A DNA stretch of 64,000 nucleotides from Acidimicrobiales bacterium (GTDB lineage Bacteria > Actinomycetota > Acidimicrobiia > Acidimicrobiales > CATQHL01). The notes beneath the pieces are model-generated. The model searched no databases and had not been told where the DNA came from. It worked only from the letters and a program-made list of their open reading frames with translations. This document shows, piece after piece, positions 34,954-44,510 of the stretch (its first letter is position 1; each line of letters begins with the position of its first letter). The stretch lies in contig OY760933.1 of the NCBI GenBank assembly GCA_963664235.1, positions 2,395,419 to 2,459,418 on the forward strand, in the 5' to 3' direction. Position numbers and translations under genes: made by a program.

Positions 34954-35253
34954 CCGCCCGGGCGCGCCGTCGCCCGATCAGTCCTGCACGGGTCGGCGTC
35001 GGAGTCAATTCTGGGGCGGCGTGAGGCCCAGTCGGTGATTGTGAGCGGCGCGGAGAGGGCGCATTGTCGGCGGTCCAGTCTGTCGACTATTTCTGCGCCG
35101 TTTTGCTGGGTTCAGTCTTTGACTGCAAATTTCGCGAATTGGCATTCCGTCTCAGTCGTTTTGTAGGTTGTCGAGGGTCTTGATGCAGTCAAGACGAGTC
35201 CGCTGTTGTCGGGCGTCCATGACCGGCGGTTCTGGACCCTGGAGGAGTCTGAG

Positions 35254-36591
35254 ATGAATGAACCTGAGGCTGCACGGTTAATTCCCGTGTCGGGGATCAC
35301 GGGACAACGAGAGGCGGAGCAGCGAGCAGCTTCAGCGCTACTAGCAGTGCTGAGCATTGTCCGGCCGTTCAGCGTCGCTCTGTTAGCTCCGTTGGGCTCG
35401 ACACGCGCCAAGACGGCCCGAGTGGAGACCTTCGTCGAACCGATCTACGAGGTCGGAGACAAGACCCTCAGGCCGGACGGACTCATACGGGTCAGCGTTG
35501 GCAGCCGCGCCGCGTTCGAGGCGCTCGTCGAGGTCAAGGCCGGCTTGGCGAAGCTCGAGGCTGAACAGATCAACGCCTACCTGGACATAGCTCGGGCCGA
35601 GGGGCACGACTGTGTGATCACGATCTCCAACGAGATCGCGCCCTCGCCCGGCGTACATCCGACTTCCGGTCTCAAGGTCAGAGCGAATTCGAAGGTCTCG
35701 GTGCATCACCTGTCGTGGATGCTCGTGATGTCCGAGGCGGTCAAGGAGCATGCCCACCGCGGAGTCGAGGACCCCGAGCAGGCCTGGATCCTCGGCGAAC
35801 TCATCCGGTATCTCTCCCATCCGAAGTCGGGAGCGTTGGAGTTCGGCGACATGGGAGAGAACTGGACGACTGTGCGAGACGCGGTCGCTGACGGAACCCT
35901 CCATCGCTACAGCAGCGAGACCGTGGAGGTGTGTCAGCGGTGGGATCAGTTGCTTCGGGTGGCGGCTTTGCGGCTCGGTACCGAGATCGGTACCGACGTC
36001 ATGGAGGTCATCCCCAGAGCGCAACGCCAGAATCCCAAGCTGCGGAACAAGGAGTTCGTCAAGTCCCTCAGTGCGGACGGCACTCTCAGTGGCCTTCTTC
36101 GAGTGCCCTCGGCGATTGGTGACATGAAAGTTGTCGCCGATATCGCCGCGCAGAAGGTGGAGGTGTCGACGACCTTTGCCGCGCCGGACGATCGCACAGC
36201 CAGAGCGACTGTCGTGTGGCTGGTTAGGCAGCTCAAGCATGCCTCCGGGACACTGCTCGTGGACGCCTATTCCAAGTCGTCGCGAATTCCCACGACCGCG
36301 TCGCTGGAGCAGTTGCGTGAGGATCCGCTGGAGGGCGTTCCAGGAAGCGGCCAAGCGCCCGTCCGGTTCGAGTTGCGCCAGCAGTCTCCGATGGGGGCCG
36401 GCCGCCGCAGCACCCGGAAGAAGGGATTCATCGACTCGGTGATCGATGCAATCACGGACTTCTATGCGTGCGTACTCCAGGATCTCAAGCAGTTTGTGCC
36501 TCGTGCGCCGGCGATCGAACGTCCCGAAGCTGTGCCGCCCGAGTCACAGCCGACCTCAGGGCCGGTCAACAACCCCGGGGATGCGACCTGA
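35254..36591 (+). CDS. hypothetical protein with an N-terminal PD-(D/E)xK nuclease-like motif
   Basis: GGAGGAG RBS, then ATG at 35254. LRPDGLIRVSVGSRAAFEALVEVKAG gives a D..(18 aa)..E-V-K spacing. Lower-GC flanks. About 300 aa with no recognisable domain follow. Confidence 0.5.
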   Translation: MNEPEAARLIPVSGITGQREAEQRAASALLAVLSIVRPFSVALLAPLGSTRAKTARVETFVEPIYEVGDKTLRPDGLIRVSVGSRAAFEALVEVKAGLAKLEAEQINAYLDIARAEGHDCVITISNEIAPSPGVHPTSGLKVRANSKVSVHHLSWMLVMSEAVKEHAHRGVEDPEQAWILGELIRYLSHPKSGALEFGDMGENWTTVRDAVADGTLHRYSSETVEVCQRWDQLLRVAALRLGTEIGTDVMEVIPRAQRQNPKLRNKEFVKSLSADGTLSGLLRVPSAIGDMKVVADIAAQKVEVSTTFAAPDDRTARATVVWLVRQLKHASGTLLVDAYSKSSRIPTTASLEQLREDPLEGVPGSGQAPVRFELRQQSPMGAGRRSTRKKGFIDSVIDAITDFYACVLQDLKQFVPRAPAIERPEAVPPESQPTSGPVNNPGDAT

Positions 36592-36744
36592 GGTGTGACT
36601 GCTGATTGTCTGAGGTGTGGGGACGTTCACGTAGACGAGACTGGGAGGAGGGGGCCGAACGCCAGAGCGCGGTCGCGGGCAACTCCCTGGCGCAGGCTGG
36701 AGCCCCGGGGTGACAGCAAGGGGTGTCGGCGCCGGCGGCGGGTG

Positions 36745-37251
36745 TTAGGCGTAGGGGTTTGCGAAGGGGCTCTGTTCCTGGAATGGGCGGGGCTGGCCGA
36801 CGAATTGGATCAGTTCGATGGAGACGCCGTCGGGGTCCCGCAGGTAGCAGGCCATGTTGCCCTTGTACTTGCCCCAGGCGCAGCGGACCGGCTCGGGTGA
36901 GCGGAATTCGGCCCGGCCGCGCATGCGCTCGTAGTCCCGGTGGATGTCTTCGGTCTCCAGGCAGAGGTGGGTGTTGCCGGCGTTGTAGGACTCCATGTCC
37001 ACGCGGCCCGGCCCCGGGTTGTGGTACTCCAGCATCTCCAGCACGGTGCCGCCCGGCAGGGTCCAGAAGACGCAGGTCATGTCGCAGTTCTCGTACCCCA
37101 CGATGTGCCCCACGTAGTCGTCGATGTCGGCCGCCAGCCAGGTGGCCTGCCAGAAGGGCTCCGACTCGAGGAAGTAGCTCCACCACGGAACCGAGACCTT
37201 GAGGTCCTTGACCGTGATCCCGATGTGGTCCACCGACTTGAACGCTGCCAT
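36745..37251 (-). CDS. VOC-family (glyoxalase/dioxygenase fold) protein
   Basis: VDHIGITVKDL..GNTHLCLETEDI..YLRDPDGVSIELI. Confidence 0.8.
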   Translation of the reverse strand: MAAFKSVDHIGITVKDLKVSVPWWSYFLESEPFWQATWLAADIDDYVGHIVGYENCDMTCVFWTLPGGTVLEMLEYHNPGPGRVDMESYNAGNTHLCLETEDIHRDYERMRGRAEFRSPEPVRCAWGKYKGNMACYLRDPDGVSIELIQFVGQPRPFQEQSPFANPYA

Positions 37252-37294
37252 GGCGTGCCCCTTTGTTGCGTAGGCCGTCGGTGAGGACAGTAGG

Positions 37295-38746
37295 TCAGGA
37301 GCCTTGCAGCGTGCTGAGGCGGAGCCGGTCGGCCTTGCCGCTGAAGGTCCGCGGGAAGGCGGGGAGGATGTGGACCCCGGCGGGGAGGAGCGACTCCGGC
37401 ACGCGGGCCGCGATGAAGTCGGCGAGTTCCGCCTCCTCCGCCAAGCCCGGGGCGTTCAGCTCCACGAAGCAGCGCACTTGCTCGCCGCCGTCCAGCACCA
37501 CTGAGGCGTGGCGCACCGCGGGGTGGTCGTAGGCGGCGTCCTCCACCTCGCGGAGGAAGCCGCCCCGACGCTCGGCTGCGTCGGCCTCTTGGACTCGACC
37601 CATGACCTTGATGTGACCCTGCGCCGCGGCGACCCCGACGTCCCCGGTATGGAGGACACCGCCCGCGGTGGTCTTGGCATAGGCCTCGGGTTTGTTCCGG
37701 TACTCACCGAAGAACCCTTCGGCCACGACGACCTCGCCGATGCTCCCGGCGGGGAGTTCCCGATTGTCGGGGTCTGCCACGAAGGCGAGCCGGTCCGGGA
37801 GTGGCCTGCCTGCGAAGCCCTCAGGAGCGGTCTCGTCGCCTGGGGTTCCGAGGACCATGAACCCTCCGAGTTCGCTCTGGCCGTAGCTCTCGGCGAGCGG
37901 AATGCCAAGGTGGTCTCGGTAGTCCCGCTTGATGCGGGGCGCCAGTGGTGAGCCGCCGGAGAGCGCCAGGCGCAACCCGTGCGTGGGTTGGGTGTCCTTG
38001 GCCAGCCCGACGACATCGGCGAGGGTGAGCGGGTAGGCCACGAGCACCGTTCCCCCGTAGGCGGAGATGTCATCCCACACCTCGCGGGGAGAGTGCCCGG
38101 CGGCGAGGACCACGTGGGCGCCGGTGTGCAGGGCGGGCATGGCGCTGGCCACGAGCTGGAAGCTGCTGGCCACCGGCGTCGTCGCCACCAGCACGTCACT
38201 CGTGCTGTATCCGAGCCGCTCGGCGATGCAGGCGGCCCCCAGGGTGACAGGACCGCTCGTGAGCACGACCCCCTTCGGGTCGCCTGTCGTGCCGGAGGTG
38301 TAGGAGAGGAACAGCGGGGAGGACTCGTCGTGATCCGACGGCGCGGTCGCCGTCCCCCCGCCGCCGGCCACGTCCTGCAACGGCGTGGCTTCGATGCCCA
38401 GGAGTTCGGCGAGGCGCGGACGGTTCTCATCGTCGGAGACGACGACGGCCGGGTCCATGTCGCCGACGAAGTAACCCAGCCGGTCATCGGGTGTGCGGGC
38501 GTCGATGAGGGCCGGCAGGGCACCCAGCCGCCACACGGCGAAGATGGCGAGCCACGCCTCGATGCTGTCGGGGCTGCAGATGCCGACGGTGCTTCCCTTC
38601 GCGGCGCCCAGTTGGGCCAGGTTCGCTGCCACGACCGGCACCTGCTCGCCGACCTCGGCGTAGCTGACGGTCCGCCCCTCGCGGCTGAGCGCGGGTCGGT
38701 CCGCGTGTCGCTCGCAGGCTCGTTGGAGGACTGTGACGATGTCCAT
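37295..38746 (-). CDS. AMP-dependent synthetase/ligase
   Basis: ATG at 38746. LSYTSGTTGDPKGV AMP-binding motif. GEVVV..YRNKPE..TGDVG..GRVQE..GKADR. Confidence 0.85.
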   Translation of the reverse strand: MDIVTVLQRACERHADRPALSREGRTVSYAEVGEQVPVVAANLAQLGAAKGSTVGICSPDSIEAWLAIFAVWRLGALPALIDARTPDDRLGYFVGDMDPAVVVSDDENRPRLAELLGIEATPLQDVAGGGGTATAPSDHDESSPLFLSYTSGTTGDPKGVVLTSGPVTLGAACIAERLGYSTSDVLVATTPVASSFQLVASAMPALHTGAHVVLAAGHSPREVWDDISAYGGTVLVAYPLTLADVVGLAKDTQPTHGLRLALSGGSPLAPRIKRDYRDHLGIPLAESYGQSELGGFMVLGTPGDETAPEGFAGRPLPDRLAFVADPDNRELPAGSIGEVVVAEGFFGEYRNKPEAYAKTTAGGVLHTGDVGVAAAQGHIKVMGRVQEADAAERRGGFLREVEDAAYDHPAVRHASVVLDGGEQVRCFVELNAPGLAEEAELADFIAARVPESLLPAGVHILPAFPRTFSGKADRLRLSTLQGS

Positions 38747-38798
38747 GTCTGTCCGTCTCCCTCTGTCTCGATGCGTGTGTTCTGTCTCGATAGGTGGG

Positions 38799-40133
38799 CT
38801 AGGTCTCGATGCGGGTGGTGGTGATGTTCGCCTTGGCGAGGTAGCCGTCGATGACCTCCATCGCCTGGCGGCGAAGCTCCTCGGCGTCCAGGTGGGTGAA
38901 GGCACCGTTCTCTATGACGACGTCGCCGTCCACGATGACGTGGCGCACGTCGGATCCGCCGGCGCGGTGCACCAGGTTCCAGGCCGGGTCCAGGATCGGG
39001 CCGAAACCCAGGCCGTCCGCCGCCACGCAGACCAGGTCGGCGAGCGCCCCGGGCGAGACCTCGCCGAGTTCACCGCCCAACCCGACCGCCTTCGCGCCGT
39101 TGGCGGTCGCCATGCGCAGCGCCAGCCGCGGGGGGATCGCGCCGGGGTTCTCGTTGCGGATCGACTGCAGCAGGACCTCCTGGCGCATCTCGGCGAAGAT
39201 GTCGGTCATCTGGTCGACCCCCAGGCCGACGTTCACGCCGGCGTCCAGCAGGTCGAGCACGCGGGTGAATCCCTTGGCCAGCTTCATGTGATTGCTCGGG
39301 CAGTGCACCACATGGGTGCCCGACCGGGCGAGCAGGTCGATCTCGGCGTCGGAGAGCAGCACGCAGTGCACGAGGGTCACGTCGGGGCCGCAGAACCCCA
39401 GCCGGTCGAGGAGTTCGATGGGCCGGCAATCCGCTTCGGCCTCGACGCTTGCGACCTCGGCGGCCGTCTCGGCCACGTGCGTGTAGAGCCGGAGGCCGTA
39501 GGTGGAGGCGAACTCCCGGGCGGCGACATAGTCCTCGGGCGCGGCCTGGCGGAACGACACGGGTGCCAGCATGATCCGCTCGGCCGCCACGCCGTCGGCG
39601 AGAAGCGCACGAACCCGCCCGAGTCCTTCGGTGATCGGCTCGCAGATCGGGTCGTGGCCCCGGGTCATGAGGCCCCGGGCCAGGACCCAGCGGATGCCGG
39701 TGGTCTCGTATCCGGCGATGGTGGCCTCATCGAGACCGGGGAGGTGGAACGGGTAGACGTGGTCGACGACGGTCGTCACGCCGGCGGCCAGGAGCCGGGC
39801 GGTGCTGTAGGCCGCCATCGTCTCGTACTCCACCGGACCAGCGGCCTCGTTCAGCTGCCAGTAGAACCGCAGCATCTTGTCCAGCTTCAGGCCCTCGCCC
39901 GCGCTGAGCCCGGGCGTCATGTCACGCAGGTGGTCGTGCAGGTTGACGAGTCCGGGGATGACGATGGTGCCCGACGCGTCCACCCGGTGTCGGGCCCGGA
40001 GAGGCGGGCCGCCGACGGCGACGATCCGGCCGCCGTCGACGTAGATGTCGCCGCCGGTGACCTCGTCGGTCTCGTTGCAGGTGACGCAGAGGCCGCCCTC
40101 TACGACGAGGTCGACGTCACCCGCGGGTGGCAC
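38799..40133 (-). CDS. metal-dependent amidohydrolase (ATZ/TRZ/SsnA-like)
   Basis: GLVNLHDHL, THVAET, HCVLL and GVDQ. Confidence 0.85.
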   Translation of the reverse strand: MPPAGDVDLVVEGGLCVTCNETDEVTGGDIYVDGGRIVAVGGPPLRARHRVDASGTIVIPGLVNLHDHLRDMTPGLSAGEGLKLDKMLRFYWQLNEAAGPVEYETMAAYSTARLLAAGVTTVVDHVYPFHLPGLDEATIAGYETTGIRWVLARGLMTRGHDPICEPITEGLGRVRALLADGVAAERIMLAPVSFRQAAPEDYVAAREFASTYGLRLYTHVAETAAEVASVEAEADCRPIELLDRLGFCGPDVTLVHCVLLSDAEIDLLARSGTHVVHCPSNHMKLAKGFTRVLDLLDAGVNVGLGVDQMTDIFAEMRQEVLLQSIRNENPGAIPPRLALRMATANGAKAVGLGGELGEVSPGALADLVCVAADGLGFGPILDPAWNLVHRAGGSDVRHVIVDGDVVIENGAFTHLDAEELRRQAMEVIDGYLAKANITTTRIET

Positions 40134-40136
40134 GGA

Positions 40137-41276
40137 TCACCACCAGCCCTGCTCGGCCGCGTTTCGGAGCCCCTCGACGCCGAGGCCCTCGAGGTCCCAG
40201 CCGGCCAGTGTCTTGCCCTCCGCCGCGTAGTCGCACTGCGAGGCCACCGAACCCACGACGATGAGGCTGTCGATCATGGGCGTGGCCACGCCCAACTCCC
40301 GGCCCAGCGACGAGGCCAGGACCAGCGAGTACGGGATGTCCTCGGAGACGAACCGGTGGTCGAGCGCATCGGGGCTGCAGCGGAACTGCAACGTGGGCAG
40401 CAGGCTGGAGTGCAGGGTCTCGTGCAGGTCGGCACCCTTGACCGGCGCCAGCCCCTGGCCCACCAGGTAGTCCTCGTACGGTGTGGCGTTGGCGATGCCG
40501 AGGGCTTGGCGCATCTCCAGGTACTCATTGTCGAGTGCCTCGATGATGTTGACCACGCCGCGAGTCCCGCCGGTTCCCCAGAGGCTGAACGTGCCCTCGG
40601 GCTGCTGGATCGGCCCCAGATTGCAGAGCATCGCCGGGACGTGGTCGATGGCGTTGAAGTTCAGGAGCAGCGTCTCCCAGACGTTCTCCGCCTCGGTGAC
40701 CCAGGGCCAGATTCCCGCGGCTACCGCCGCCACCGCGTCGATGCGGGTGCTCGGCAGGGCGGAGACGAGCGTGCCGCCGCTCTTGCGGATCGCCCCCACC
40801 TTGCCGGGCGCGGTCACCATGGCGCCGTAGTAGGGGAGGGTGTTGGTGTCCGCGAAGGTCACGCCGGGCCGCCTGCCGATCCGCCGGAGCGCCGCGGTGG
40901 CCGCGAAGCCGCCGCCGGGCTCGCCGACCCAGAGCGCCGTCTGGCCCTGCTGCCACACCGGAGCGAGGAGTTCGGCCAGCGGTTCGTGCCCGAACGCCGG
41001 CACGCAGATGATCACCAGTTCGGCGCCGGCGGCCGCGGCGACGACATCGGTGGAGGTGGCCGCCACGGGAGCGAGTTGCGACTCCGCGGTCGTGTCGGTC
41101 AGCGAGGTCCGGAAGGTCAACTCGATGCCGCCTGCGGCGTCGGCGGCTTCGAGGCTGGCGCTGAACCGGGGTTGGTCGGCCAGGGTGACCGGCCGGCCGT
41201 TGAGGCCGAGTTCGGCGGCGATGGTCAGGCCGCCGCCTCCTGTTCCGATGACGGCGATCTCGCTGGGTGCGGTCAT
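40137..41276 (-). CDS. NAD(P)-dependent opine (octopine/nopaline-type) dehydrogenase family protein
   Basis: ATG at 41276 (ATGA overlap with the LLM gene stop). Rossmann motif IAVIGTGGGGLTIAAEL. C-terminal ..NAIDHVPAMLCNLG..DIPYSLV.. is typical of the family. Confidence 0.7.
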   Translation of the reverse strand: MTAPSEIAVIGTGGGGLTIAAELGLNGRPVTLADQPRFSASLEAADAAGGIELTFRTSLTDTTAESQLAPVAATSTDVVAAAAGAELVIICVPAFGHEPLAELLAPVWQQGQTALWVGEPGGGFAATAALRRIGRRPGVTFADTNTLPYYGAMVTAPGKVGAIRKSGGTLVSALPSTRIDAVAAVAAGIWPWVTEAENVWETLLLNFNAIDHVPAMLCNLGPIQQPEGTFSLWGTGGTRGVVNIIEALDNEYLEMRQALGIANATPYEDYLVGQGLAPVKGADLHETLHSSLLPTLQFRCSPDALDHRFVSEDIPYSLVLASSLGRELGVATPMIDSLIVVGSVASQCDYAAEGKTLAGWDLEGLGVEGLRNAAEQGWW

Positions 41277-42262
41277 TGCGGTTCTCCTCCGATGACGGGG
41301 CTGAGGGTCTCGAGCAACTCTTTCGTGGCCGAGTGGTCGCTCTGGTCGAGTTTCAGGATCGCCAGATCCACGCCGAGCGCGCGGAGTTCGTCGAGACGCT
41401 GCGCGACCGTCTCGAGTGTGCCGCCGATTGCGAAGGCCCGGACCATGTCGTCGGTCACGTATCCCGCCTCGCGGACGTCGGGGTCGTTCAGGGCTGATCG
41501 CAGCGTGGCGACTTCGCCGGGGTCGAACCCGTAGACCGGGATCAACTCGTTGGCGTAGCTGCCTCCCGCCATGAGGGTGCAGCGCGGGCGCAGCCGCTCG
41601 ATGGCGGTCGCCTCGTCCCGCTGGACCTCGACGTCCAACATGACGGCGATCCGGCACTCCTGGGGGTCGCGCCCCGACCTCTCGGCGCCGCGGGCCACGC
41701 GGGCCCGGGCGTAGTCCAGGAAGTCGCGATGCACGCCGTGGATGATGACGCCGTCGGCGATCTCGCCGGCAAGCTCCAGCATCCGGGGACCGCGCGCCGA
41801 CAGGTAGATCGGCGGGGGTGCGGTCCGCCAGCCGAGTGCCGAGCCGTCGGCGGAGAAGTACTCACCCCGGAATCGCGCCGGACCCGAGCCGAGTTGGCGG
41901 ATGATCGCAACCGCCTCCCGGAGCATCGTGAGCGGGCTCTTGGGGCGCATCCCGAACTGGGAGGGGAACTCGTGGCCGCCCGGGCCGATCCCGATGACGG
42001 CGCGCCCGCCGGAGCATTCGGCGACCGTGGCGGCGGCGCTGGCGATGAGGGCGGGGTGGCGCAGTTGGATCGCGGCGACGCCCGTGGCCAACCGCATCGA
42101 CGTGGTCCGCGCCGCGATGAGGGCCTGCGCCACGTACACGTCGCGCAGGAAGTAGTGGTCGGGGAGCCACACGTCGGAGAATCCCGCGCCCTCCGCGGCG
42201 ACGGCAAGCTCGGTGAGCTCGCTGAGGGGCTGGTCCAGCCAGATTGCCAGGCCGTACTTCAT
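41273..42262 (-). CDS. LLM-class (luciferase-like) flavin/F420-dependent oxidoreductase
   Basis: MKYGLAIW..GFSDVWLPDHYF..RLATGVAAIQLRHP..IGIGPGG. Confidence 0.85.
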   Translation of the reverse strand: MKYGLAIWLDQPLSELTELAVAAEGAGFSDVWLPDHYFLRDVYVAQALIAARTTSMRLATGVAAIQLRHPALIASAAATVAECSGGRAVIGIGPGGHEFPSQFGMRPKSPLTMLREAVAIIRQLGSGPARFRGEYFSADGSALGWRTAPPPIYLSARGPRMLELAGEIADGVIIHGVHRDFLDYARARVARGAERSGRDPQECRIAVMLDVEVQRDEATAIERLRPRCTLMAGGSYANELIPVYGFDPGEVATLRSALNDPDVREAGYVTDDMVRAFAIGGTLETVAQRLDELRALGVDLAILKLDQSDHSATKELLETLSPVIGGEPQ

Positions 42263-42383
42263 CGGTTCGTGTTCGGGGGTGTGCGGTGATCCATCGGCGT
42301 TCCAGCGAGTACTGCCGGGCCGACACGATAGTGAGGCGTCCGGCGCCTGGTGCCGTGCGGGCCGCGCTGGCGGCTGCGCCGGC

Positions 42384-43796
42384 TCACAGGCGCGCCATCA
42401 CAGCGCGGGCCGCCTCCCGTCCCCTCGCCCGGACTTCCGCCTCGTCGATGGTCGTGCTGGCGCCGCCGGCGACGACGACCTGCCCACCCACTATGACCGT
42501 GGTCACGTCCCCGCCGGTGGCGAACCAGCCGGCACCGGCCAGCGGGTCGTTGCTGGGCTCGTGGTGTAGGGCCGAGGTGTTCACGACGATGAGATCGGCC
42601 CGCTCGCCGGCTGCGATCGTGCCGCTGCCGTCGCCCAGCGCCGCGGCGCCACCGCCGCTGATCAGCTTGATCATGTCGCCGACGCTGATGGCGGCTGCGT
42701 CGGTGGCGGCCACGCGTTGCAGCAGGGCGCCGACCCGGGCGACGGTGAACATGTCCTGACCGGCGACCGCGCAGCCGTCTGTGCCGGCCGCAAGTGGAAC
42801 CCCCCGGGCGCGCAGCTCAAGCAGTCGCATGATGCCCGAACCCAGGTAGGCGTTGGAGAGGGGGTTGTGGACGAGGTGCGGGCGGTGCTCGCCGGCGAGG
42901 TCGATCTCGGCGTCGTCCAGCCACACGGCGTGGGCCAGGACGGCGTCGGAGTCCAAGACGCCCAGGTCCTCGAGCAGCACCAGCGTGCGTCGCCCATCCC
43001 GGAGGCGGTGCGTGACGTCGGCGGCGAAGGCGTCCTCGGCGGCGTGGGTGTGCCAGCGCACGCTGTGGCGCCTCGCCAGATCGGCGCCGGCGGCGAGGAT
43101 CTCGTCGGAGCAGTAGGCCGTGTTGGCCGGCCCGGGCCACACCGCCACCGGACCGGCGGGTTTCGCCAGCATGGCCTGCTCGGTGAGTTCGAGTTCCTCG
43201 GCGTTGCTGTAGGCGAAGTTGGCGGCCGGGAGCCCGAACGCCTCGGCGGCGTCGGTGCGTTCCCCGACCATCATCCGCGCAACCGCGCCCGCCAACCCCA
43301 CGCGCTCCATTGCGTCGGCGACCGCCACGGCGTCCTCGGGCTCCCGGCGGCCCCCGTAGTGGTGGTTGATCGCCGCGACGGTGCCCGACCGCAGCGCGTG
43401 CAGGGCGCCGAGTTCGCTCAGCGCCACCATCTCGTGGCGCCGGAGTTCCAGTGCCAGCGGGATCATGTGTGTGCTCAGCCACTCCGCCAGCCCGAGACCG
43501 TCCCCGAGGCCGCGGGCGGCCACCTGGAAGAGGTGGGTGTGCGCGTCGACGAGGCCGGGCATGACGATGCAGCCCGTGGCGTCGATGACCCGCTGGGGAC
43601 TCACCGCCGGGCGACCCTCGAGCGGCCCGACCGCAGCCACGCGATCCCCGACGACGTCCACGAACCCCGTCTCGATGGGCTCGGCCGCCTCGTCGAGTGT
43701 GAGGATCGTGCCGCCCTCGATGCGCACGTCGGGCGCGGGGAATTCGTCGGGCAGAGCTGAGTGCGCGATGCCTGCCGTCTCGCTCGGGCCGTTCAC
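42384..43796 (-). CDS. metal-dependent amidohydrolase (aminohydrolase/deaminase-like)
   Basis: PGLVDAHTHL, WHTHAAED, LAHAVWL and GTDG. Confidence 0.85.
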   Translation of the reverse strand: MNGPSETAGIAHSALPDEFPAPDVRIEGGTILTLDEAAEPIETGFVDVVGDRVAAVGPLEGRPAVSPQRVIDATGCIVMPGLVDAHTHLFQVAARGLGDGLGLAEWLSTHMIPLALELRRHEMVALSELGALHALRSGTVAAINHHYGGRREPEDAVAVADAMERVGLAGAVARMMVGERTDAAEAFGLPAANFAYSNAEELELTEQAMLAKPAGPVAVWPGPANTAYCSDEILAAGADLARRHSVRWHTHAAEDAFAADVTHRLRDGRRTLVLLEDLGVLDSDAVLAHAVWLDDAEIDLAGEHRPHLVHNPLSNAYLGSGIMRLLELRARGVPLAAGTDGCAVAGQDMFTVARVGALLQRVAATDAAAISVGDMIKLISGGGAAALGDGSGTIAAGERADLIVVNTSALHHEPSNDPLAGAGWFATGGDVTTVIVGGQVVVAGGASTTIDEAEVRARGREAARAVMARL

Positions 43797-43871
43797 GACA
43801 ATGCAGCGTATTGACTGCGGTTGCGGTACGTCAGACGAGTGGCGGGTGTACCGGCGAAGCCGCCGTCGCCC

Positions 43872-44378
43872 CTAGTCCGGCGGTGCGGGGTACCAGTAGT
43901 CCGGTGCCACGGGCTTGGCATCCGGCGGGCGGTGGACGAGCTCGAATGTGGTTTTGAGGGGACCCTCCGTCTCGACGTAGGCGTAGCGGATCCCGTCGAT
44001 ACATCCCTCCATCACCGGCGGGCAGCCGCGCTCGGTGAACAGCGCCAGCGCCTCGTCGTAGCCGAGCCCCTCGTGTTCGACGATCACGTGGTGGAGCCCC
44101 TCGCCGCGTTCGTCGAGGTGCTCCTGGTAGATGGACGGGCCGTCGATCGGCTCGATGATCTCCCACATCGTGGCGCCCGTGCGGGCGACGGCCAGCTTCA
44201 TGCTGTAGGGGACGGGCTCACCGCGGATGCGCATGTCCGTGAGCCGGGGCGGCGCACAGTTGATCACGCGCCAGGGCCCGATCCCGAGCCGGTTCGCGTA
44301 TTCCTCGATTACCGCGTCGAGATCGCGGACCACGAGCGCGACCTGCTGGACTTCCGATACGAACCCGTTGGACAACAT
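43872..44378 (-). CDS. VOC-family protein
   Basis: VQQVALVVRDLDAVIEEY..MWEIIEP..GLHHVIVE. Confidence 0.7.
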   Translation of the reverse strand: MLSNGFVSEVQQVALVVRDLDAVIEEYANRLGIGPWRVINCAPPRLTDMRIRGEPVPYSMKLAVARTGATMWEIIEPIDGPSIYQEHLDERGEGLHHVIVEHEGLGYDEALALFTERGCPPVMEGCIDGIRYAYVETEGPLKTTFELVHRPPDAKPVAPDYWYPAPPD

Positions 44379-44510
44379 GTTCGATCCTTCCGATGGCCGT
44401 GGGGCCGCAGACTACGCCGGCCCTGCGATGACGCCCCGGCGACGACGTCGTGTCCGGCTTGCACCCGCCCACAGAGAAAGTCGCCCGAGCACCCCCGGGC
44501 AGCGACGGGT

